DNA of 64,000 nt, from NCBI RefSeq assembly GCF_964204645.1, contig NC_134026.1, positions 23,346,150 through 23,410,149 on the forward strand. Reading direction: 5' to 3'. Below, piece by piece: positions 36,320-49,134 of this stretch. Source of the DNA: Tubulanus polymorphus (Eukaryota; Animalia; Nemertea). Every line of letters starts with the position of its first letter. The stretch's first letter is position 1. A program made the position numbers and the translations under genes. Below the pieces are notes generated by a model. The model did no database searches and had not been told where the DNA came from. It worked only from the letters and a program-made list of their open reading frames with translations.

Positions 36320-39300
36320 ATGTGTCCGATTGTTAAACCAAGAAATGAAATGGAAATTTTACAAGACTTTCCCACAGGACCCCTTAGTGTGTACCGAAAT
36401 GCAGCCAGTTTTGATTGGAAACAGATGAAATTATTCTTGGAAGGAGAAGAAATTATTAAATTTAAGGTAGACTACTGAGACTACTCCTAATTCGGCTTGT
36501 CACTATATAAAAAAGAATAGGGATACTGGTATCAATCCATTATCAAATTGTGACAATCCCCCCCTTGGACCTAGCAAACTAAATGATGGACCTGTAAGGA
36601 TCGATAGTCCCAAAGTATCAACGAATAATGCTTTCAAATATATAGTTTGGCATTCTGGTGCTTGTGTGATTGTAGTTAGTTAGGTACCTAATCGTTGGTG
36701 GTAAGCTTTTTATAATCGGATGGGCTTATACCAACCAATATGTGGTTTGTGAAAATATCCGATCGTGAAACTAAACCACAGTCAGGTTACTGACGAGTGT
36801 GATTGTTACTCAACTGCAGTCAGAAATGTAACGATTGTTTCTTCTTTCTTTTATATGTTTTTGCAGAATAAGGTCTGGAAATTTCTGAGAGACGATCCAT
36901 TATTCAACCAATCATCTGAAAGGATATCATTAGAACGATATAGAGAATTGACGTTCCTTCGATGTAAACGACTTTTCAAAGCTAATCTTCTTCCAGATGA
37001 AGAAATACGAGATAATCCACCAAAAGTGCTCGCGTTCAGCTGTGCATTATTGTGTTATGATATATCACTACCAATTAAGTTACAACTTAATGTACAGGTA
37101 TATGATACATTTGGAACATATCAAACCCTGGGTCCAGTCACAATAATTGTTAACAAATCGATAAGATAAACTGAATTTACAAATGAACAAATAGGCTTGA
37201 ATTGATTCATGAGTTACCTTTTTGGGTACTTAAGGCTTCTTTCCAACCATTTTCATTTGTGATAGTTTACTATACTCTATATGTATGGGAAAAAGTATAT
37301 CAATGTGCCTTGGCTAAGTTTTTTTTTATCTGTTTTTAGTTGTTTGGTAACATGGTAAAATCAGCAGGATCTTCGCGACACGATCATTTTGTTGAAAAAT
37401 GCAGAAGAACGTTTGAAGTAAACCAAAAATCGTAACTTTCATAGGATATTTAAGTAAGATATTGAAACCGTTGGTTCTTTCTTTTTAATTAAGATCTTTG
37501 GTTGCTTTGCTTTGACGGAATTAAGCCATGGAAGTAACACAAGGGCAATGAGGACAACAGCTACGTATGATTCCAGTACCCAGGTAACTATGGTCATAAT
37601 AGAAGATCCTATGAATTCGATGCGTTCAATTTATCATATCTGTTTCATTGAATTTAAGGAATTTGTGGTAAATACTCCTGATATTGAGGCAGCTAAATGC
37701 TGGATTGGGAATATGGGAAATACAGCTACACATGCAGTCGTGTTTGCTCAGCTTTACACACCAGACGGAAAATGTCATGGTCTTCACAGCTTTGTTGTTC
37801 CCCTGCGAGATCCAAAGACCCTACTTGCCCTACCAGGAGTTACAGTTGGCGATATGGGTGAAAAACTGGGTATGAATGGATTGGATAATGGGTAAGAAAA
37901 AAGTGCAGTTATTTGTTTGAATATAAAGATAATATAATGATTTCATGTTGTTCTTTTAGTTTTGCGATGTTCCACAATGTTCGAATTCCTCGTGAAAATC
38001 TCCTGAATAAAACAGGGGATGTTAGTGCTGATGGAAAGTATTTATCCCCATACAAGGTTAGTGCAATTATTTACAATTATGTCTAATATTTTTATTGTAT
38101 TTGCTTTTGCTAAGAATGACAAGTCTTTCTATCAATACATATTCCACAGGATCCTAACAAACGATTTGGAGCGTCGCTTGGCATGCTTTCCAGTGGACGT
38201 ATTGGCATTAGCGGTATGTGTGCCGATTTTATGAGAATGTGTGTGACTATCGCTGTGCGATATTCTGCCGTTAGAAAACAGTTTGGTCCAACAATGAAGG
38301 AAGAACTTCCAGTACTTGAATATCAACTGCAGGTCATTAAAAAGTTATTTGAGTTTTCAACTTCAGTGTGAATTCTGCCTGACTCAATTTTGGTTTTATT
38401 TTTAGCAATGGCGTTTGATACCATACATAGCTGCAAACTTTGCTTTACTTCACTTCACACATTCATTTTTCATGGACTTTGCTGAATTCACAGTTGGTCG
38501 GATGATGGGAAATTCTGAAGTCAAACAGGTAGCGAAACAAGTATTGGATTTGTAAAACTTTGTTCTATATGAATGAATAGTCATAATGAATGAATTTAGG
38601 TTTATCTCCGAAGTAAATTGCCTTCTTTTTATTGAATATGATTGATCTGTATTGATATGATGATCATTAGCCTGCATTTACATTCTTGGTGTCATTTACA
38701 TTGTTGGAATCATCTTAGTGCTGTCTATTTCTTGGTATTGGTAACAATGATCACTTTACATTATAGGCTGAGCTTGGCGAGGAGATTCATGCAATTTCTT
38801 GTGCAAGTAAACCAATCGCTTCATGGATTGCGATGAAGTCGGTGCAAGAGTGCAGAGAAGCATGTGGTGGTCATGGCTACCTCAAAAGTATTAAACATGT
38901 TATCAATTCAACATCAGGCTCTTCTACAGGTTGTTGACATTTTACAATATTCATATATTTTTAGTGAACCGTATTGGTGCAATAAGAGATAACATAGATC
39001 CAACTTGTACTTTTGAAGGAGACAACAATGTTATTCTCCAGCAGACATCAAACTATCTATTGAAATTGTACAAGAGTAAGAAAGAAAAAGGTGACATATA
39101 TTTCCCTCTTTTATGATATCTATACGGTACTTTCTACTTTCATCTCTTCTCAACATATGTATTTGTGTTTTCCAGGTACCGAGATCAGATCACCTCTAAG
39201 ATCTGTTGATTTTCTAAATGATATTGAAGTAACTCTTAGTCGTAGATGCAACTGGGGGAAAACTCTTGATACAGCTGGTCAGTTGAATAGATATTACCGC

Positions 39301-40188
39301 AGTAACTAAAATATTTGCTGTGAGAAATTTGTGCATGATATTATTTCATATTCAGGTGTTCTTGATGCTTATAGATGGTTGACTTGTTATTTGCTGCATG
39401 AAAGTCAACTGAAAATAAACACCGAAATGCAAAAAGGAAAGAGCGATTTCTTCGCAAAAGGAGACAGTCAGGCCTATTATTGTCGGTCGTTGGCACTGGT
39501 TTTCATTGAGGTGAGATTTGGTAAAAGAAACATCTTAAAAATATTTTCAGTGCATCAATCATAATCATATTCTATTGTATCTACTATTACGTTACTATTA
39601 ATTTTCAGCAAATTGTGATCACAAGGTTTCATCACTTTGTACAAGGTGAAGGCGTCCCTAGAGGATTGCAAACAGTTTTAAGAAGATTGAGTGACCTTTT
39701 CGCAATTTGGTGTTTAGAAAAACATATAGCTGTGTTATATGAGGGTACGGTATATATATAAACACATATAAAACGTGTAATTTGCTTTTCAAGTCTCAAT
39801 AATTTGCCTCATTTGATTTTTTGTATAGGGGGTTTTATCAGTGGAAGGAAACCTGCCGAAATGATTCGAAATGCAATTCTTGATTTGTGTCGATCGTTGA
39901 AAGTTGATGCTGTAGCATTAGTTGATGTAATTTCTCCACCAGATTTTATCTTAAATTCACCAATTGGTGCTTCATCTGGCCAGGTACAACAGATACAAAA
40001 TAACTAGTATTTTATAATTTCCTATGAGGGAGATGCTGGAGAATCTGATCCTATACGTTGAATATTGTTTTTAATTTCAGATCTATAAAAATCTATATGG
40101 TGCTATGCTATGCGCTCCAAAGGCTCTCGAGAGACCAAGCTGGTGGCAGGAATTTGCTAAAAAACCCAAATTACGTTCAAAATTGTAA
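36320..40188 (+). CDS. ACOX3: Peroxisomal acyl-CoA oxidase 3 (pristanoyl-CoA oxidase-like), C-terminal PTS1 -SKL; multi-exon
   Basis: [22 protein letters not shown]; [24 protein letters not shown]; [10 protein letters not shown]; [15 protein letters not shown]; LSSGRIGI; [14 protein letters not shown]; [13 protein letters not shown]; [19 protein letters not shown]; ends KPKLRSKL* (TAA 40186-40188). Start could be ATG 36320 or 36350. Confidence 0.95.
36685..36794 (+). repeat. Dispersed intronic repeat of about 100 bp, copy 1 (ACOX3 intron 1)
   Basis: Near-identical to 61641-61736 (tcgttggtggtaag...tataatcggatgggctt...ggtttgtgaaaatatccgatcgtgaaactaaaccacag.caggttactgac); this copy has a 14-bp longer central segment. 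Confidence 0.9.
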
Positions 40189-41122
40189 ATACAGTGCAAT
40201 TGTGATACTACTTATGATTTATGATACATGATTGTTATTTTGATTAATATATTTTATACAATTATCAAGAAATCACCTTGTTATCACTTTTATTGGGCAT
40301 GTTTCTATCAATCCAATTCCCACATCTTCAAATCGAGATATAAAGATTCTTTCCTGAATAGCAAAGCCATCGAGCGAGGAACTGGAACACAATTAAGTCT
40401 TTCTTAACATTAATTTTATTGTTCCATTCATTAAGATTGTGTTTTATACTACTAATTCAATGCTCCTTATCATTTCACCAGCTGAATATGATTATAATGG
40501 TATACTGTCATGCAGATCAGTGATAAATATAACATAATTCAACATAAATATATTGCTTCCGGTTATAACCTGAAGAAACTGCTTATAGCTTACCTGAGTA
40601 TGAGGTCTGGAAACTTTGTTAGCTCCACTATATTACAAAATTAGTTAGGCCTTGATAAATAATAATAACTTTGTTATATAGTGCTATACTATAAAATAAT
40701 CATAGCACTTTACATTAAAAAGGTTAATATGTATTTCATCGTCAAAGACAATTTATGATTATCATGATAGATATTTGCATCTTTTTATCATCGATATCAA
40801 GTAAATGAAAAAAAAATTACGATGGTAGATGAAAAAAATACATAGAAAAATCAGAGCAAATCGATTATTTTTGGGCCAAATACTGAATCTTAGAGAATAT
40901 AAATAACTTCTCTCTTTAATCAATAAAGCTTTTATAACTTTGAAAACTGAATGTAACACAACAAGTTTAACATTTCATTAAAGTTCCATTAGTGATGTGT
41001 TAAAATGACCAATAAACATAATGTCATCCAGTGACACAGCCCCTGATTTGTATTTGTATACGACTTAAAATGTTTCTCATTTCACTTGTCATCAATCATA
41101 TACAGCACTCTACTAATACATT

Positions 41123-44100
41123 TTATTGTGATTTGAGATCATCTTCAATTTCTTTCATGAGCCTCAAGCACAGCTCTTCTTTCCATCGTGTTGATACAAC
41201 TTGAACACCGACAGGTAATCCCTCTGTATCTTCGCAAAGCTTCAGAAGTAAAGGCGGAGAAAGACAATTAATATATCTGCGACACAATGAAACAACTACA
41301 TAACAGATAAATGTGTGCAATGAATATCTATATGAATGTTATTTTACCTTCTTCAGTTGTTTGTGGACAAAATCAGGAGTGGAATATTTGGTGGCTAATT
41401 GTTCTATGTCTTGTGCAGATACTCGTGTAACTGGCACTGTTCCAGCAGGGAAATCCAGCAAATTATACAAAGCAGTATACGCACACAGAACTATGGATAA
41501 AGATTTCAAAACTTTTACAACTTCATTAGAATTCTGGTGAATTTTGGATAGAAGATTTCAAAACTTTTACAACTTCATCAGAATTCTGGTGAATTTTGGA
41601 AAATTGCAGATCTGAAGGGAGTTTACTACACAACCATTAATGCAACCTTTCTCAATTTCAAGATGATTTTCTTACATGTTATAGTCAATCCATATGGAAC
41701 AGCAGGAACTGCAAAACCAGGGCAAATGACTGCATCCAAGCGGTTGTCTGACCAATGGTTGAGTACTTCTTCAACGAAGTTCATTCGGTCTTTGCTAATT
41801 AACCACCAATCATGAACAGTACTGAGAAAAATATGTTCAAAGTGATTATTGACATCACAACAGCAGGAGCAACTACCTCACATATGTGAGTAACTATAAT
41901 TTACCTTGCATCTAATCCAGTTCTCAATATTTTGCCAAGCTTAGGAGACTGAAATTCAAACTGAGAAATTGATTCTGATGACTAAAACCAAGAATAATTC
42001 AAGAAATAACATGGCACTTTATTTCTTACAAATAGCCCAACGATGTATCCCATATAACTTCTTAGCTTTTCGGGTATCATCTTCATTAAGTAATAGCTTG
42101 GGGCTAGTTTTGCATCAATCTTATCATTTTCTCTAAAAATAAAAGATTTCGATTGAAACACTGTATAGATAAGTTTGAGACTGACAATTAGATTATTCAT
42201 CTGATTATTATCAACCAAACTTACAATCCAGTAAAAAGAGTTTTTGCGCCATCACCAAAATATCCATTCATAATTAAATCATAAGCATGCTCAACTCTTG
42301 GTGGTGTCCATGGTACCAGCTGGATGAGACAGATTGTAAATTACAAAAACATCCATGAATAGATACTCTATTTGATTATTCCAAAAAGAATTACATGTTG
42401 TGTTAGTCATTTTAATGAATCAACTTACTTTATGTCCTTTTCGTTCAAGTGCTTCTTTAGCAATTAATACAGCTCGCTCACACGCTGGAGTAGCGTGAAT
42501 GAAACCATCATACGTATAATATCCAATTCTTAATGATTGTTTACTGCTAAACATTTCTTCATTGAAAGGTAATGGAACAGTGTTTGGGTCCAGTTCGAAC
42601 ATCATAGGAACTAATACCGATCGCATAGCTAGTATAATTCCATCCATATCTCGACTTAAGAAACCAGTAGCAGGGCAAACTATAAAAGTATGTTGTAACC
42701 GCTGTAGCAATGCCAGCTTCATGATAAGGATTTAGCTTGAAATTGTTAATTTTCTAATCTGCTTTATGTGCTTGAAATAAAGTAACTTGAATTAGCTGAT
42801 AAAGCTACCAGTTCATTTGTTCAGTCTTGAAATCTGGCCTCATGGTGTTTTACTTACACAGAGCATATTTTTTCCAACCTTCATCATTTCCTTTCAAACT
42901 GTAAGAATATAAATTAACACTTTTATATTGATATTGTGTATTTTTGCAGAACGTTGATTTTGAGCGATAAAGATTGACCTCAAACTATAGGTAAATCTAT
43001 GATTTTACCTTAATCTATAAACACTGGACTTAATTCCACAGATACCACTCATATGAGCTGGAATTCTTATACTACCACCAATATCAGTTCCAATGCCAAT
43101 AATTGATCCACCAGCAGATATAAGGGCAGCCTCTCCACCCGATGATCCTCCAGGAGAGTAATCTGATTTGTATAGATTCTTTGTTCTTCCAAATATAGGA
43201 TTACTACATTGGTAGCTGAAAGTAAACATCATACCTGGTAGATAAAACGTCATAAGGCGACTAAGAGCATCTCATACAAAAGTGGTTAAAAGGCATTAGT
43301 TCAACATGATAGATTAATGATTTCAATACCTCATCAATGTCTGAGGAATATTGGTTTTCATAAATGGAATGGCACCTTGTTTTTTCAGTACCTGTAAGAG
43401 CATTTTCATCCATTTATACTCAAATCAGAAAAAAAGTCAACATTGGTGAAAATAATTTTATCTACCTCGACCAGAACGCAATCATTTGGCATCGGATGAT
43501 TAATATTCATGGATAAACCTTTTGTGCAATCATATCCCTGAAATTGTGCAACATCGATTTATATTTCTATCCTGAAAAATTATTGTTCGGTAATAATAAT
43601 TCAAAACATGTATAGACTCCAATTCTCCACAGCTAACTATCTACCTTCAGTGCAATATTATCTTTGATGCTAATGGGGATGCCATACATCGGTCCTTTCG
43701 CTTTATCAGTTGCATCAAGGTGTCTAGCATCGTTCTGGAAAAATTTGATTTTTAATCAGCAGCATCTCTGGCCATTATTCACCGCAATCTTAAGCTGTAT
43801 CTAATCTTTTCAATGCTTTAATTAGGCTAAGTGTAATGCTACAATCAATCTCTCATCAAAATACATGTACAGGTCAATTCTTACTTTGAAATGAATCTAC
43901 AAGCAACACATTATTACTTGCTTACCCTGGCACCCGTGACTGGTTCTGTAACGCAGTTGAGTTGTTTGTCGACATCAAGTGCCTAGAAAATACAACATTC
44001 CAGGATTGATCTCTGAAAATGAACGTGATTTAATCTATTGAATACAGATCTCGGATTACTGATCTGCACCTAAGTTATAGTTAATCGTTTCTAATCAATG

Positions 44101-44641
44101 ATATTTGGTAAGTAAATGTCATGACGTTCTCTTGAATAATACCTTCGCCTGGTAAGCGGCTAAAACCATTTCTGGTTTTAGCTCTTCGTTCTGCAGTTTT
44201 TCAACGAGTTCCATAATTGACAAGTTTGTTATTCTTTCAGTGTCTTCATTAGGCTGCAATTTGAATTTCCATTATGTTAAATCACATGCCTTAGGCTAAA
44301 GGACATCCTCATTTTGGAAGAATAGATAGTAAGATACCAAGATGTTGATATTAGAATCTTTTCTTTCTTTCCTCCCTTTCAATGGACCGTGGTTGAATAG
44401 AAATTTATTGTACCGGTACCTGTTTCACAATGCTGATAAGCTCATTTTTAGAATTCGAAGCTTGTTCTACTTTGGATTTTCGTAAGCTGTACATCAGATA
44501 TCTGCTGTATATTGTCATTGAGGTTTTGACAGCTGCTCCACCTAACAGAAGGCTGCTCAGGATAATCCGTCCTTTTCTAGCCTCCTCAGAGTCATCTCCT
44601 AAATGTCTTTTGCAAAATGCCACAGCGGATAACAAAGTCAT
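41123..44641 (-). CDS. FAAH: Fatty-acid amide hydrolase 1 / VDHAP-like amidase; multi-exon
   Basis: N-terminal hydrophobic segment in exon 44641-44420; GIPISIKDN (catalytic Lys motif); QGAIPFMKTNIPQ; amidase signature PGGSSGGEAALISAGGSIIGIGTDIGGSIRIPAHMSGICGIK; LRIGYY; C-terminal GLPVGVQVVSTRWKEELCLRLMKEIE. Confidence 0.92.
41500..41600. repeat. Tandem duplication, period 52 bp, 2 copies, in a FAAH intron
   Basis: aagatttcaaaacttttacaacttcat.agaattctggtgaattttgga at 41500 and 41552 with one mismatch. Confidence 0.9.
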
Positions 44642-45183
44642 GATGAGAAATTATTCTAGGGCCTAGATTCTAGATAAAATCACATGAAATGAAATGTCAT
44701 CAAAATGTCAAAAAGCGCATCCGGGTCGATGACCTTGAGATAATTTTCAACTATATACCGAATTAACCAAATACAAATCTTCTTTATTGTGATTCGTGTT
44801 TTGCCCGACGATGAATGGTTACACCTCTGCGCGGAACTAAGTGTGGAATTCTTTAAGCGTTCAACATTTCACGATACATTTTTTTCGTGAATAGTTTCAA
44901 GCGATATACCGGTAGTTGAAAAATAATTTGCTGCGTAGAACGTACCGAAAGGCCCCAGCATTCATTTTCGACCAAATGAAGAATTATATACAAATAGGAA
45001 AAAAAAATAAAACACTTCGACAACATCGACAAAATATTTATTGAGAGTAAGAAAAATACAAAAATATCACAGTCAACCCTCTGCTATAACGATTTGGCTC
45101 ATTATATTCTTTTAATACACTGATAGTAAAAACAATCAGATCAGGAATTCGAGTATCAGTTCTTATCATTTATTTCTTTGGTT

Positions 45184-48100
45184 TTAGTAACCATCGATAC
45201 AATATCCTTTATTTTTTTCAACTACGGCTTTGACAAGGGATATATTTACAAACACCGTCCCCAGTGCAGATGATTCGTCGTGCCAAATACGAGTCATTGT
45301 ATGACCCAATATACGAAGCCCATGCGACACAATCTGAAATAAATATGAAAACTGAGACATTCTAGAATAATAAAGAATTACAGGTACTCTTATGATATTA
45401 CATATCTATCACTTACTGGAGGTGTTTTTTTCACGTAATAAACTTTTGATGGATTTATGGCGGCATACACTCTTGGTTGCGTTATAGCGGTCTCCAGTGC
45501 CTCATTTAGAAATATGTGTCTCATCAACACCTAGTAACAAAAATGATCGACATAATATCCGATCTTGTTTCCTCATTTCCGAAATCAAAATTCAAAAAGG
45601 CTACCTGAGTTTGCACAGCTAGGATATGGTCACCAACCGCACCCAGCGCTAATTTCCGATCGCTATTATTGTCAACAAGTATCACCGGGCACATCTGCGA
45701 CAAGGCCCTACGTCCCGCGGAGTACCGATTTTTCGACGTGTCCAGTGAACTGCGATTTGCGCCGAACTTTGTTTCTTTAGGCTGGTAAAAGGCACTCAGC
45801 GCGTTGTTGAATATAATGCCAGTTTTTGATCCGACAACTCGGGAACCAAATCTACATTAAACAACATCATTGGATTTTGTATATTACAGCAAAAGTCTTT
45901 AATAACGCCACCTTTGGGACCGATGAAAATATGGCGTTATAACAGATTTAGCGTTATAAAGAATGTTATTTTCATAGAATTAGGGCTTAGATTGAAAAGC
46001 GAGCAGTGGCAATAAAAAGGATGGCGTTATAACTTGACTGTACTTGGTAAATTGAAAGAATGTGTTCCCCATCGTTGACACTTACGTGGATGATAATGAC
46101 GTAGATACGGACACGACATCCCCCTCGGGACTGATGATATTAACATGGCTTACAGCAGTCGGTCTAGAATCTTGGAATTTATCGAAATCTTTTTCGTCAG
46201 CGGGCGAAGCGGATATGCGAGACTTCTGGACCTGAACGGCGTACGCTAACGATGTCAGCATTTCCTGTAACTGATGTTTATGATACCGTAGATAATACAA
46301 ACAGCACATATATATTTCATTTTATTCATTGTCAAATATTTTTTGTTGATATATTTTGAAGTTGATAAAACAGATTATTCTACCGCTGTATATGATTCTG
46401 TTTCGCTATCAGGGTCGCCTATTTCTTGCGTATGTGCTTTTACTTGTCGCAGAATCTCGACCATATTGTGGTACGTGCGAACTGTCTGCGGGCCCTCGAA
46501 TAAGTCACGACTCATGTTGAACGCTTGAAATACGAAGAAAAGTGTCGCGAAGCAACGACTAAAACGTACGATTTCCTCTCACGATTGCGCGCAATTTCTT
46601 TTAACGATATCAATCAATTACATGCATGCCTAAGGAGAACTGCTCGTCCTTTAGAAGGTAAATTTCTAAACGAATTATCTATGTTTAGTCAAGAGAGGAT
46701 GAAAATAGCTGGGTTTGGCTGATTAGATCACCTACCCTCTAAAAGGTTTATACCAAGAACAAGAGCAGGTCCTACACTCGGTGACGAGGTAGTATAAAGA
46801 GTATGCGATCCACCGTTGACCTGAGCCTTTATCGGATCTCGCCAAACAGCTTTGTAGTTTTCCAAGTCTTTTCTTGTAATATTGCCACCTGCATGGAAAA
46901 AATCCACCATAACTATCATATCATCTGCCGTAAAAAAAGCTTTGATTAATAATCATCACCACAGTGCTTGGCGATATTCTAGTCTGGCGCCAAATAATGA
47001 TCGATGAGCGAATTAATTCAACAAAATGTTATGTTCTTTTATCACTCGGCAGCAGTCGAAACAATATAGGCTGAATAGAAAAATTACAAAATAAAAATGG
47101 ATGCTTCATTGTACAAATTATCGGCTGTATCCAGAAATGCATTCCTGGCCAATGGTCGTTGGCCGACGATAGACTACAAATCAATATGTGGCGGTAGCTT
47201 ATCATAATCCCAAACTTAAAAATGTCATAATCAAATTTTTATTTCGATGATACGTACAGGATGTACGTATCCATCGGACCAACAATTCAACAATCTTTGA
47301 TATTATGTATCAGCATCATAAAGTATAGTCTACCAGAAAACTCCTTACCTGCGGAATTCACGTCGTCGACAATATCGTCTGTTAATGGCCCATCATAGAA
47401 TACCGAATCTCCGGCATTCGCAATTGTTCTCAACGTGTTCAGGAAACGATTCCTCAGCAATCTGTCGCCTTCTTCTCTCAGACGACCAGTCATTGGATTG
47501 ATGAAGTCGATGCTTTACAGAAATAGGATCTCAGATGTTATCACAACCATATATATTTTTAAACAATGTTGAAACAACAAGATTTCGTGCAAAGAAAACA
47601 AAAACATATACTAAACTTAACTTTGAACTCCAAACTTTTTTCGATTGAAATATCGATCTTACCCAAATGATGGATTTTGTTCGATGGCGCATTGGACATC
47701 TTTCATAGATTTGTACAAATGGGCGCCGATTTTAATTCCTTCTTCGGCAATTTTCAGCACAGGATTGAACAGTTCTTTCCAGGTCAAACGCCCGAAGCGT
47801 TCGTGCGCCTGGCGGTAACCTCTCAGTTCACCGGGTACCCCGATTGACATACCACCTATAAACAAATATTTCCGTTAAGCCGGTCCTAGAACGTGTGTTG
47901 AAATCGCCGCTATGAGTTTAGTACCTGTTGATAGAATCCTCGGATTGGAAAGCAGTAGACTTCGGTTCAAAACAGATGCCGTTTCTCTAGCGTCAAGCGT
48001 GTATACTTTGTTGTCCGATCTCCATGAAATAAAAAAAAGAATCAGACAACCGTTATGTTGTTGTTATTCTTTCAAATGTGAAATACGTAAACACCTTTCA

Positions 48101-49134
48101 AGGGCTTACTTTCTGTAATAAGTCATTAGAAATCCGGCGCCAATACCAGAACTCTGTGGGTTCGCTATTCCCAAACATAACAACGTTGCTATAGCTGCGT
48201 CTATGGCAGACCCGCGTTTTCTGGCCATTATTTCACTAGAAAGTATAGATATGGATTATGTCAGATACCACGGGGTGATATCAAAAATTCAAAAATAATA
48301 TCTTGGGTAAATGGATTTGGAAATATAGGTATGAGTTCGGAGAGAGATACCCAAAGCAAGATTTGTATATGATAATAATAACTAAAAGAAACCGAATGAT
48401 AACGAACAAACAGAAGACATAATTTATGCTATTTATCTGCTGTGTTTGTCTATAGAACAAGTGCGAGGTACATTGATATCAATCAGTCACAATTATTTTC
48501 GAATTGAGAAGAGTTTAATGACCGAACTCATTTCATATAGGCTTCTAAACATTTGTGTTTGAGATATCTTTTTGTTACCCCAATAGCAATCAGAGAATTC
48601 ACCACATCGTTCTGTAATTGATTTCCTGATGTATGTCTTCCGAATGTGTTCAATTCAAATTAAAAGCCTATTAGTGTCTAAACGAATAGTGGTGTCCAAC
48701 ACTATGTTTATCGCTTTCCTGGCAATTAATTATACGCTGCAACCAACGCTTGTAAATTAAATGTAACCATAGAGCCAACACCAGACAACCGACGGCACAG
48801 GGTTTCTATCATTATAATGTATATTACTTACGTTCCAACTGTTGAACAGATTTTTGAGTTAGTCGAAACAATTGCAAATCTATAATTGACCGTCCCGTCT
48901 TGACAAGTTCGCGATTCTGCGTATCGATGTAACTCATCCTGGTAACTGAAAGAATCCCCAACATCTGTGGCATTGCTCGCTCCGAATTCATCTGACGGTC
49001 CGATGCCGAATACGAGCCCGACGGTGATGATGAGGGCGCCCACGATGAAGGCCCCTAGACCGACCAATTGAGGCACTCGACGACTGCGACTATAAGAGGA
49101 AGTTGTACTAGGTTGTATGGCGTATGATATTTTC
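45184..49134 (-). CDS. Gamma-glutamyltransferase (GGT1-like fold) type II membrane protein with degenerate active site; first coding exon(s) uncertain and upstream of 49134
   Basis: TM VGLGAFIVGALIITVGLVFGI; AIVSTNSKICSTVG; GSAIDAAIATLLCLGIANPQSSGIGAG; LDARETA; GGMSIGVPGELRGYRQAHERFGRLTWKELF; FYDGPLTDDIVDDV; GGNITRKDLENY; IGDPD; FGSRVVGSKTGIIFNN; ends KNKGYCIDGY* (TAA 45186-45184). Exon 49134 starts in phase 2 with no ATG of its own. Confidence 0.88.
45885..46041. mobile_element. Short Tc1/mariner/pogo-type MITE-like element (TA-CAG...CTG-TA) in a GGT intron
   Basis: Starts tacagcaaaagtctttaataacgcca and ends tggcgttataacttgactgta, with internal repeated gcgttataa motifs. Confidence 0.5.

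Noticed and set aside
41500-41600. Direct repeat considered as a CRISPR-like array
   Set aside because: Only two adjacent 52-bp units with no spacers, inside a eukaryotic intron.
45184-45225. Suspected frameshift in the A-run of the last GGT exon
   Set aside because: Recounting gives GAA AAA AAT AAA GGA TAT TGT ATC GAT GGT TAC TAA, in frame.
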